Positions 52,161 through 63,590 of a stretch of DNA of 64,000 nucleotides are shown one piece after another (within the stretch, counting starts at the first letter, position 1; each line of letters begins with the position of its first letter). Origin of the DNA: Mobula hypostoma. Its lineage: Eukaryota. Location of the stretch: assembly GCF_963921235.1 (NCBI RefSeq), contig NC_086118.1, forward strand, positions 22,570,001 to 22,634,000, read 5' to 3'. Both the position numbers and the translations under genes were made by a program. The notes beneath the pieces are model-generated. The model saw nothing but the letters and a program-made list of their open reading frames with translations. It did no database searches and was not told the DNA's origin.

Positions 52161-55100
52161 CTATTTTTTAAGTTGATTTGGTTTGTTTAATCCATAATAA
52201 CCTCTTAAATGTTTAACTGTTTTCTTTTAATGTCTTCTTTTTTCATATTCGGTTTATTTTGGTAGTTTTAAAATGTTTCAAAATATCGGCATCATTGAGC
52301 GACATTTGAAAACCGGTGCAGCTTTGATAGGTGGCTAGGAAGTCAAAGCTGTAGAGGGTGTCAGTGTTGGGACATCTTCAGTGTATCACTGGAATTCCTG
52401 CTAATACTGAAACCATTCCAGTGGAGTCCAGGATGCTGACTGCCAGCAACGTGAGGCCTCTGCGTTCCCACAAGTGAAGGAGTGTTTGGGTTGGCCATAA
52501 TAGCATTTGTGAGTAGTGGGCTCGGGCCTGAATGTAATAGCTCTTTCTTTCTCTTCAGGAGCAGATCGCAGAGACAATCATCAAGCATTATTCTAATGTT
52601 TATGGAAGATAACATGAAGTCAGAAAGTATGAAAAGAAACGCGTTAGGAATTGAAAATCAGATGAGCCTGTGGCTGCAAAGAATCAACCAGGAGCTTAAT
52701 ATAGACAAATTCTTATCTGAGGTCATTTCATTTATTGATGAGATCATCTCTAAGGAAAGCGTGAAATTGATCATATAGAAGTCACCAGTCATGACCATGT
52801 GTCATATAGACAACAGTAGGGGTACTAATGGCTAGGTTCTCTAAGATGTGGGGAATTTTCTGGCTGCACATTCAAAGTCTCTGAAAGTATTGGCCAAAAA
52901 TATTAAAACGCCAAATGAATTCTAAAATGGAAGAAATTTCGGCTATTACTGAAATGAACTACATTTACTAACCAATGAAATTTCACTTTAAGTTCAGTGT
53001 TAGTGGAAAAATATGATTATTAACCACAGGAAGTCAATGGCACCATAGACAAAGAATGCTAAAATTTGTTAGGCGATTTAGCTTAGTTGCAGAAGTTTCT
53101 GTGGCTTTATGTAAGACAGCGTCACTCACGCTTTCACTGATCATACTGCCCATGACATTTGTGAAAAGTAATCCTTTGAATATAAAAAAATCATGATCAA
53201 GTTAGGTAGGTCAAGCCTGAGGTTTTAGGGTTTCTGGTTCAACTATCATTCAGTAAAATAAAAAAAAACTGCAGTTTAAGGAGTTTATTGAAACTTGCAT
53301 GCTTGTTATGGTTATCACAGTAAATAATTAAATTTCCATGACCAGTTGCAGTAAGAATAACGTCTTTGGGATTTTAGCAGTCAAACTCATTGAATGAAAC
53401 ACATGATCAAAGTGAGATTACTTATAAAATATCACAGTACATTGAAACCATTGAACTGAGATCTTGCTCTGATACAGCTCATGTAATCATAAATTTCATG
53501 ACCAGTTTAAAATATAGAACAAATTAAGCAGCAGCATCATTGAAACCTCAACCAATACCAAACCAATTAGGAAAAGAGTTGATGAGATGATAATCAACAA
53601 ACTTGGTAAAAGGTATACAGCTTAATTTCTTAGGTAAAATAGTGATCATCTCAATGTGTGATATCTTTTCCCCACAGATACTGTATGCTAAACCTATTCA
53701 AGTCTCCAGAAGATGTGGGTAAGAGTTTGCCTCTTCCCAACACCGAGGCATGTGTTTTTAACTTAACTTTGTCATATTTACCCATAATGTCTGCCTGTGC
53801 TGTATGGAAATTCTTGATAAATCAACAAGGGAAAAGTTTTGATGAAAGTACAAAATGGGAAACAAGTATGTAAAGGGGATAACTACCTCTTTTGGTTTGT
53901 ACTGGCCTCAGGCCTCATTTAAATTCTGTATCAAATCTCCTTTAACTGGGAGTTGGTTGCTACAGGCACCAATTGAGCATTGGTCCCAAGACAGCAGTGA
54001 TTCATAAAATTTCTAAAGAACTAGGAGGTCTGTTTATAAGGGGTCCATATTGTTTCCTTGCACGGTCTGTGAAATCACTTCTGTTCCTTTCCACCCCAAA
54101 AGTAAATCAAACCTTACCTTCATTTATGTCCTAAGAGACCTGCCACCTGATGCAAGAGGTATTAATACCATTAAGTGAGCTGAAAATAGCACCTCCATGC
54201 CTCTGTTCACCCTCTTTATTGAAAGCTCTCTAAAATTTTATCCCACAACATTCACATAGAGACATATTATCTTATTGTCTAAAAAACCTGTTATTTTAGT
54301 AGGTCCTTTATTTAAAAAATGCCATGACTTTTTTTTGAACATTATGAATTTGAAATATAAAAACAGCACATCAAAATTCCAATATATCTGGAGAGTCATA
54401 TGGTAAGAGAATTTAACATTCAGAACATGATGACCTTGATGGTAGAGTTCATTAGGGCTAAACCTTTAAGATCATTTTTATTCATTATTTAACTTTTAAC
54501 ATTATTACGTCATTTGATGATAGCTGTGACTCTCCAGTGTCTCTTGAATGATCTTCATTTCAAATAAATTGTTGGGACATATACACTATGAATATAATTT
54601 CAAAAGGAAATTAAATTCCAAGTATCTAATGGCTACCGTAATAGAAATAGTCAACTTATTTCCAAAGATTGCTATTTCACAGAAGTGTTTATTTTTACAC
54701 AACAATTCATCAACAAATCTCTGACCTCACTTGCAACTGGCGGTGGTTGTTGTTTCTTGAACAAGGTTTGAAAGGCACAATAGTTCCAGCTTCTTACATA
54801 ATGTGACATGTCATTCAAATTTAGACAGAATGCACAATGACAACTAGCTATTGTCTCATCTTTTTTATGGTCACATGCCTGCTGAGGAGCACTTTACATT
54901 CGTTTTGCCAATTCAATAAATAATCGACATTTCCATCATCTGTTCATCAATAAAATTTAATCCAAATTTTGCATGCACTTAAGTTTTGTTATTATAGACA
55001 GGAAGCTGTAACCTGCCAACATTTTATCACTGCACCAAGATAATACATCTTACTTTCATCAACATCAATATCATCTGACCTTCAGCTGAGTGTATCTGTC

Positions 55101-55566
55101 CGCTCCGAATGTTGATGATATTGGGATCCATAGAAAGGAAGAAAAGAAAATCTTCCCATTTACATCTTCCATTTCATGACTCCTAGGTCTCAGAAAAAAT
55201 ATTCATGGCCAATAAAGTTTTCTGAAGTTGTACTTTAGTAAAATGTAGCAGCCTATTAGACCATGGTAGAGTGATACAATGAGGTGAATTATCTAGGAAA
55301 TTTGCTGTTGGTCATGTGTTTTGAGGAAAAAAATTGTGAACTGGACATAATGAGAAGTTCAAGAGCTTATCGGAAAAGTTCAGAGGGAAAGTCTGATTTA
55401 ATCTTTTATTAGGGAAGATTCAACTGTCAGGATACATTACGTGTTTGGGAGTTTAGAGTGGAGTTTAAATTTCTGATTCGGAGACAACTGTGCAACCTGA
55501 AAGAATAATTAGCATTTTATGATGGGTTAAGTACAACACGAAACATTTGTACCAACCGTGCAAATA

Positions 55567-56807
55567 AAATGGATTTTGTTTAATTGGGTCACATCAGGAC
55601 CAATACAGCTTGGCCTAATTAAGTGGCTGCACCAATTAGCCGAAGTTTTGTGGAAATAGTTAAAAAGGCGTAATAAAGACAAACTGAATAGCAAGGTATG
55701 TATTTGAATGAAATACAGAAAACAACAGAACACTGCCAATACTACTACAGTACTATAAAACTGTGTGTTGGTTCCTAATAGTTCGTTTGGAGGTTGTCCT
55801 TCGTATCTGACAATGACAGGAAACCTGTGCGGGAGAGTTTTTAAAGTGGTAACACTATTGCACTGGGGCAGTTCTACTCACCTGGACTCAGAAGTCTGGG
55901 TCCAGTGGTATGAATGTTGTCCCAACTAGAGTCCTCCTTGGTTGTAGTGGTCGACCATAATTTCTGTGCCTCCTCATGCCCTTGGCTCTGCACAGAGCAT
56001 TGCAGAAAAGCCTTCCTGGCCGTTGGATCTCACTGTAGGTCTCATCTGCCCAGTCCACTGGAGCTTACTTCGCATGCTAGAACAAGCATGTCCTATCTCA
56101 TCAGGGTATAAGGCCCACTGGCTACGCTGAACTGGATTAGCCCACCTGTTGAAGTGGCATACTGGGGTGTGCCTGATACCATAGGCAAACAGTTCTACGT
56201 AGCTACAGGTGAGAAATGAGTGCATGCTGCCATATTTTTTGATCGATTGTAAATAAACAAAATCAACACAGACACCTAGCATAAGATAACGGACTGCCTT
56301 CTTAAAATTTTTGACGTTTGCATTCTCCAAATCTTCATTCACATTGTAACATTCAAGATGATTGTCGATACCTTCAAATTCTTCATAGTTTCTAACTTGT
56401 TGAAGTTGTAAAATCGCTTCATTTTCACTCCTGCCCATTTCTGGCATCTCCCAGCCTGAATTCTTGAAACTGTAGTGAACAAAACAGTTCTGATTTGCCT
56501 TACTGCTTATTTCTTGCTAACTATTAGTGACAAAAATCGCTGCTTTTTAAAGAGAAGCACACGCAATTGATGCTATTTAAAAATTGTTTGCTGTAAGCAT
56601 AGTGTACTGTCTAACAGCAACAAAGTTCATGCGTCTGACCACAGTTAGAAACTGATCAGCAACAGTCTCCTGCCTCAATTATGTGGCACAGCGTCCCAAA
56701 TAGACAAAGAGAACCCCGGCTATTTTCTTAATTAGTTCATGTGCTTTAAGAGTTGTCCTAAATAAACAGCTGCCCCTATTGATGGCTCAATTAACCAGAA
56801 TCCACTA
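55567..56807. mobile_element. pogo/Tigger-like non-autonomous DNA transposon with a nested unrelated insertion (~55785-56220)
   Basis: Imperfect TIRs ATGGATTTTGTTTAATTGG / CAATTAACCAGAATCCACT with TA flanks. Subterminal AATTAAGTGGCTGC / AAATAAACAGCTGC repeats. Acidic transposase-tail-like YEEFEGIDNHLECYN on the minus strand. Confidence 0.65.
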
Positions 56808-57207
56808 TACTTGCTCTTGCATCATTTTCCCTTCCCAACTATGGTTTGAACAATTACCAGGGAAAATAATAATGGTTGTGTAATAGATCATTTAAGAACT
56901 ATTGCGTATACAAATTCAGACTAGCTGACACACAACATATGCCACATTGTATTAAGGAAAAAGAGTTAATTTTGAGCAGAGGAAAGTAAATAATTTCTCT
57001 AGAGCTTGAAAGTTACAGAAAATTTGACCTTGCTCATGTGCAACTACTGAGATTACCTGGATTATCTTGGAATAGTGGCAAGACTGTTGCATTCTACCAA
57101 AGGCAACCTGAGCAATACATTCAGACCTCAACGAGTATAATGGAGAGATTTTGACTTTGACCAGCTCAGAGAGGGAAATATATAATGAAAAAGGAGATAA
57201 ACCCGCT

Positions 57208-57572
57208 GTCCTTCACCATTTCCCATCCCCTTTTTCCTCTCTCACCTAATTTCCTTGCCCACCCATCACCTCCCTCTGGTGCTCCTCCCCCCTTTTTCTT
57301 TCTTCCATTACCATCTGTGTCTTTCACCAATCAACTTCCCAGCTCTGTACTTCATCCCTCCCCCTCCAGATTTCACCTATCATCTGGTGTTTCACTCTTC
57401 CCTCCTCCCACCTTTTAAATCTACTCCTCAGCTTTTTCCCCCAGAAGGGTTTCGGCCCAAAATGTAAACTGTACTTTTTTCCATAAATGCTGCCTGGCCT
57501 GCTGAGTCCGTCTAGCATTTTGTGTGTGTTGTTCGGATTTCCAACATCTGCAGATTTTTCCTTGTTTGTGAT
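57208..57572 (+). mobile_element. PLE 3' UTR/pLTR fragment
   Basis: Pyrimidine-rich UTR, then GAAGGGTTTCGGCCCAAAATGT..CTGCAGATTTTTCCTTGTTTGTGAT. Confidence 0.85.
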
Positions 57573-57876
57573 AATCCTTTCCCTCATGTTATGCTGTCTC
57601 CAGTTCCACCATGGATAAAATAACTTGATTGCTTAATTCAGCACGTTCCAGTCCCCTACAGAAAAAATATACTATATGTATATTATAGAACAAGCTGGTT
57701 TATGCTATGGTAATTACCATCCGCAACATACAAAACATTATCTCTATACCTTAATATAAATTCACCCGAATAACTAACAAGCTACCGATAGACAATTCAA
57801 AATCAAAATATAATGTAATGCCTAGGAAAATGTAAATGTAAAATAAGTCAGATGAAAAGCATATCCTCCAAAGTTT

Positions 57877-58104
57877 CACACACAAAATGCAGGAGGAGCT
57901 CAGTAGGCCAGGCAGCATCTATGGAAAAGAGTGCAGTTGACGGCTGGGGCCGAGACCCTTCTCCAGTCCCGATGAAGGGTCTTGGCCCGAAACGTCAACT
58001 GTTTACTGTTTTCCATAGAAGCTGCCTGGCCTGTTGAGTTCCTCCAGTATTTTGTGTGTGTTGCTTGGATTTTCAGCATCTGCAGATTTTCACTTGTTTG
58101 TGAT
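57877..58104. mobile_element. Fold-back of two pLTR ends (MITE-like PLE derivative)
   Basis: 57877-57960 is the approximate reverse complement of 57974-58060. The ~44-nt tail is present only on the right. Confidence 0.88.
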
Positions 58105-58600
58105 TGTTTTTTTTACCACAAAGCTACAAAAAGGGGTGAGGGGCTTGAGTTCATAGTGTGAAAAATAAATGAAAGCATTCCCTCTGGTAAAACAAAACCC
58201 GGAAGTAATTATGTCCTTGGACCTGTTGGCCCTGCATGTGGCATACCATGCCATTCTCCTGCAGAATACTACCTCCGATGCAAGTAAGTAGCATTTCAAA
58301 TTCATTCTGTCTTCATTTCATTAAAAGCTTAAATAATCATTCAATGACTGAACAAGGCATGGCATGAATAGAGTACATTTCAGGGGGGCATGTTAATATT
58401 TTGTGCTTGATTAAGTTATAAGATATGAAGTCATTCGTTCATAACAGATTTTCATATGCTTGTCACATTCAATATTTTCTGTTTATTTAACACAGGGCCA
58501 AGGAACAAATGCCACTACACAAGCAAGTATTACTCACGCAACATACATCAAAGTTGCTGGTGAATGCAGCAGGCCAAGCAGCATCTGTAGGAAGAGGTGC

Positions 58601-58636
58601 AGTCGACGTTTCAGGCCGAGACCCTTCGTCAGGACT
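58601..58636 (-). ncRNA. Minimal type I hammerhead ribozyme motif in the PLE pLTR
   Basis: Minus strand AGTC-CTGACGA-AGG gtctcgg CCT-GAAAC-GTC-GACT: stem I AGTC/GACT, intact core, palindromic ACGT helix III. Confidence 0.8.
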
Positions 58637-60352
58637 AACTGAAGGAAGAGTGAGTAAGGGATTTGAAAGTGGGAGGAGGAGGGGGAGATCCGAAATGATA
58701 GGAGAAGACAGGAGGGGGAGGGATAGAGCTGAGAGCTGGACAGGTGTTAGGCAAAAGGGGATACGAGAGGATCACGGGACAGGAGGTCCAGGAAAAAAGA
58801 CAAGGGGGGGGTGACCCAGAGGATGGGCAAGAGGTATATTCAGAGGGACAGAGGGAGAAAAAGGAGAGTGAGAGAAAGAATGTGTGCATAAAAATGAGTA
58901 ACAGATGGGGTACGAGGGGGAGGTGGGGCCTTAGCGGAAGTTAGAGAAGTCGATGTTCATGCCATCAGGTTGGAGGCTACCCAGACGGAATATAAGGTGT
59001 TGTTCCTCCAACCTGAGTGTGGCTTCATCTTTACAGTAGAGGAGGCCGTGGATAGACATGTCAGAATGGGAATGGGATGTGGAATTAAAATGTGTGGCCA
59101 CTGGGAGATCCTGCTTTCTCTGGCGGACAGAGTGTAGATGTTCAGCAAAGCGGTCTCCCAGTCTGCGTCAGGTCTCGCCAATATATAAAAGGTTGCATCG
59201 GGAGCACCGGACGCAGTATATACGCAGTAAAAACGCCATCCCCTTCTCGCAATTCCTCCGTCTCCGTCGCATCTGCTCTCAGGATGAGGCTTTTCATTCT
59301 AGGACGAGGGAGATGTCTTCCTTTTTTAAAGAAAGGGGTTTCCCTTCCTCCACTATTAACTCTGCTCTTAAATGCATCTCCCCCATTTCACGTACATCTG
59401 CTCTCACTCCATCCTCCCACCACCCCACCAGGAATAGGGTTCCCCTGGTCCTCACCTACCACCCCACCAGCCTCCGGGTCCAACATATTATTCTCCGTAA
59501 CTTCCGCCACCTCCAACGGGATCCCACCACTAAGCACATCTTTCCCTCCCCCCATCTCTCTGCATTCCGTAGGGATCGCTCCCTACACAACTCCCTTGTC
59601 CATTCGTCCCCCCCCATCCCTCCCCACTGATCTCCCTCCTGGCACTTATCAGTGTAAGCGGAACAAGTGCTACACATGCCCTTACACTTCCTCCCTTACC
59701 ACCATTCAGGGCTCCAAACAGTCCTTCCAGGTGAGGCATCACTTCACCTGTGAGTCGACTGGGGTGATATACTGTGTCCGGTGCTCCTGATGTGGCCTTT
59801 TATATATTGGCGAGACCTGACGCAGACTGGGAGACCGCTTTGCTGAACATCTACGCTCTGTCCGCCAGAGAAAGCAGGATCTCCCAGTGGCCACACATTT
59901 TAATTCCACATCCCATTCCCATTCTGACATGTCTATCCACGGCCTCCTCTGCTGTAAAGATGAAGCCACACTCAGGTTGGAGGAACAACACCTTATATTC
60001 CGTCTGGGTAGCCTCCAACCTGATGGCATGAACATCGACTTCTCTAACTTCCGCTAAGGCCCCACCTCCCCCTCGTACCCCATCTGTTACTCATTTTTAT
60101 GCACACATTCTTTCTCTCACTCTCCTTTTTCTCCCTCTGTCCCTCTGACTATACCCCTTGCCCATCCTCTGGGTCCCCCCCCACCCACCGTCTTTCTTCC
60201 GGACCTCCTGTCCCATGATCCTCTCATATCCCTTTTGCCTATCACCTGTCCAGCTCTTGGCTCCATCCCTCCCCCTCCTGTCTTCTCCTATCATTTTGGA
60301 TCTCCCCCTCCCCCTCCAACTTTCAAATCCCTTACTCACTCTTCCTTCAGTT

Positions 60353-60388
60353 GGTCCTGACGAAGGGTCTCGGCCTGAAACGTCGACT
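60353..60388 (+). ncRNA. Minimal type I hammerhead ribozyme motif in the PLE pLTR
   Basis: GGTC-CTGACGA(60357-60363)-AGG gtctcgg CCT-GAAAC(60377-60381)-GTC-GACT. Predicted cleavage after 60384. Confidence 0.8.
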
Positions 60389-62451
60389 GCACCACTTCCT
60401 ACAGATGCTGCCTGGCCTGCTGCGTTCACCAGCAACTTTGATGTATGTTGCTTGAATTTCCAGCATCTGCAGAATTCCTGTTGTTTGCAAGTATTACTCA
60501 CCACTGCTCAAGGGAAGTGCAAGAAAATAAAGAGGCAAAGTTCCTGGAATGTCAAGTTTACCAAATAAAAACCTGCAGATAAGCATATGCTCTGGTACTG
60601 GGTTAGATTTTGTAAATCCAGAAACAAACGCTTTTTGACTCATTGTCTGAAAGACGTGAGATGCAATTTTTCAGTTAAAGTATGAGTGATGCAAACACCT
60701 CAATAGAAAGTGTCACCTAAAATAGGTAAATATATATATATATTTATTTATATAAATAAATTTATTGTGGGAAGATTCGGGATCTGATTTCCTTTTCCTC
60801 TTCCATTCTCAGGCTGTCCATCCACTAGAATTGGACATGAAGTTAGCTGGTTATAAGTAAAAGGAAACCCCTTCATCCACAGTTGAAATCAAAAATGTGG
60901 CAATTAGAACTATATTGCTCTTTGTGAAATTCTACAAAATCATTCCATTTGGTGACTGCACTGCTCCCGGTTACACCCACACTCATATCTTCCAGAGATA
61001 CCCCAAAAGAGAAATGACAAAGACGAACATTCGGCAAACAAAGACAAAGAAGCACACAGCGTTTAGATTTGCTCTGTTACAGCCTGTTATCATTTTATGT
61101 GAAATATGATAACCAAGGAGGCACATATGCAGCTCCTTATGATGTGCAGCCTTCTTAAGAGATCACCATGGAAGGATCCATAATCAGAACATCAGAAGTT
61201 TCACACAACACCACACGAAACACGTCATTTTCCAAAGTATTCAAAACAACTTCATCAAGACTCCCAAATGGATTTCAGTGTGGAGGAAGAAACAGGGCAA
61301 CACAAATTGATTCATCAGCCTACATCGACGCCTTCACATCCAAAATGATTAAGTGTTATCCATTGGAGCAGGATGAACCCCAACACCCCACCCATCCTAT
61401 ATGTGCAAGACCTTATAACAAGCTATTAATAATGACTAAGAATATCAGAGTATTTCTTTTAATTGATGTGGGTAAAGGTGTCCTGTTGATATATTATTAT
61501 GGTTTGTTACTATATTTTCTTTTGAAATAGACATTGTGCATTTCCTCTTTAAGACTGTGCTTTTTCTGCCTGCTCAGTATCAAGGGTGTGGCTGTAAAGA
61601 AAAAAAAGACGTCGTTTCACATTCTGCACAGAAGAAAGTCTGCAGAATTAAACTCAGATACAAGGGCCAAACATTCACAATATGCTTGACAAGAAAATTC
61701 ATCATTTTGTACAGGAAAATGCATCATTTTGATGTACAAAAACAAGCCCTGCATTTCATTTTACACATTTGTACAGATTAAGTCAAGATTTTTTAATCAA
61801 ATAGGCAATGCCTCCCATTTGACAGCATGAACAAAAAATTACCAGTGTTTATGGAACAGATACAGTGATTGACAGAATGCTGTGGGCAAATGTAACTCCA
61901 TTATAATTTTGACAGCAATGACCAATTGCTTGTGGCTTTGACCTTTCTTGCAGCCTACACCTGCCCATCTCAGCATGCTCTCAGTGATTGTTACTGCAGC
62001 TGCCTATTGGCCAACTTCACACGTATAGTATCAGGTCTCCATGACCTTCACATGATCTGACTTGGAGGTCACGTGTTTGCACTCAGGAAGTGGCTGGATT
62101 TCTACCACACATGTGAAAGTCATTCATCTGATCTAAACAAAGGTTCTCATGTGACCCACTTACCTTCTCACCTGACTAAACAATTGGGATAGTTACGCCC
62201 CCTGGAGTACTGGGTTTCCTTGCTACCTTTAAAAATCTGTGTGTAGATTTTGCAATAAATTTAACCATCTGAGCTTGTAACTCTAGACTTCTGAGTATTA
62301 TAATTAAAAGGACAATGAAGCCAAGAATGCTTCTATTTTTGATCTTTGCTGAAGCAAAAATATTAGACACACAAGTGTACAGTTTAATTTTGATAGACGA
62401 TTCTGCCATTGTCCTTACGGGAGAGGGTAATGTAAACATAGATGATAGTAT

Positions 62452-62576
62452 CACAAACAAGAGAAAATCTGCAGATTTCAAAGTAAGACACAGAAAATGC
62501 TGGAGGGAATCAGCAGAGCAGACAGCATCTATGGAAAAGAGTAAATAGTCTACGTTTTGGGCCAAGACCCTTCGTC
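62452..62576 (-). mobile_element. Solo ~125-bp PLE pLTR insertion with 12-bp TSD
   Basis: AGATGATAGTAT at 62440-62451 and 62577-62588. The element starts at the CTGACGA core. Confidence 0.88.
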
Positions 62577-63459
62577 AGATGATAGTATTGCAGACAATTT
62601 AGTTCTGTACAGACATATCTTAAAAGAGAATTAAAATTTGCATGTTTATCCTTCATGAGTAAGAATAAAACATGTCTGGGTTTATTTATTGCTTTTAGTA
62701 GGGCTGTAGGTCAAATTGGTTACCATCTTTCTGACATTGTTACAGTAGCTGCAAAGATATAATACTGCACTGATGTAAAAGGCTTTGGAACATTCTAATC
62801 CTTCGATAAGTACTTAATAAAAGTATGTCTTTTTAATTATTTTTTACATATTGTGAGATAGTGCTGCACAGCAGAAGTCTCTTCACTCTAAATTGATACC
62901 AAATTAAAGGTGACTCATATTTGTCATCCTGAGAGACTTTATCAAGGCACCTTTTGAGTCATACTGTGATGGATGTTACTTCGTAAGAGAGAGCAGTCAA
63001 CTTTCTCTGTCATGCATCGAACATTAAAGTAAACAGAGAGTTAGAGAGAGAGGGCAAGGAAAAAGTCCCTTTGACCCTAAATCTACTCCAACTATCAACC
63101 ACAAATTTACACAATTCCCTCAATATAACTCAAACATATCTCCATTAATACCATCTTTTTGATTATTCCCATGTTCTCCTCAACTCCTGCCCACCCACTC
63201 ACCTCAACCACAGATGGTACTTACAGATTCTGGACACCCTCATTGGTCAATTATCCTACTAACTCACATAGTTTTGGGAGGTAGAAGGAAACTGAAGCAC
63301 TCAAAGGAAACTCTGTTTCTGAGGAGCAGTTCTGCTTCAAGAGGTGACCAGGGAATATCGTAACACCTGTGCTTGAGGCAAAGGCTGGATTAAACATGAC
63401 CTACTCACTATAAAGATTCATATTAAGTTACATGTGCAAAACATGCTATGTAGTCATGG

Positions 63460-63590
63460 CTATAAGTTGAATAATACTGGGATATGGGGAGAAGGCAGGA
63501 GACTGGAGCTGAAAGGGAAGTGGATCAGCCATGATGAAATGGCAGAACAGACTCGATGGGCCAAATGGTCTATTTCTGCTCCTATAACTA
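63460..63590 (+). repeat. CR1 3' UTR remnant
   Basis: GGATATGGGGAGAAGGCAGGA..GATCAGCCATGATGAAATGGC..CTCGATGGGCCAAATGG is the reverse of 1405-1515. Confidence 0.7.

Larger units (their letters stand above)
58538..60486 (+). mobile_element. Penelope-like element (Neptune type), 5'-truncated, with long inverted 5' arm
   Basis: Sense part from ~59227 encodes AIPFSQFLRLRRICS, a CKRNKCYTC linker, and GVIYCVRCS*CGLLYIGET* (GIY-YIG). 58538-59221 mirrors ~59767-60451. GCAAGTATTACTCAC TSD at 58523-58537 and 60487-60501. Confidence 0.95.

Noticed and set aside
56060..56110. Minus-strand CTGATGAG as a hammerhead
   Set aside because: The downstream partner reads GAAG rather than GAAA, and no convincing stems I/III were found.
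59058..59630. 190-aa ORF as a novel gene
   Set aside because: Chimeric read-through from the antisense arm across the inversion junction into PLE coding sequence.
61168..61781. ORFs of 120 and 81 aa
   Set aside because: No motif, homology or exon structure recognised.
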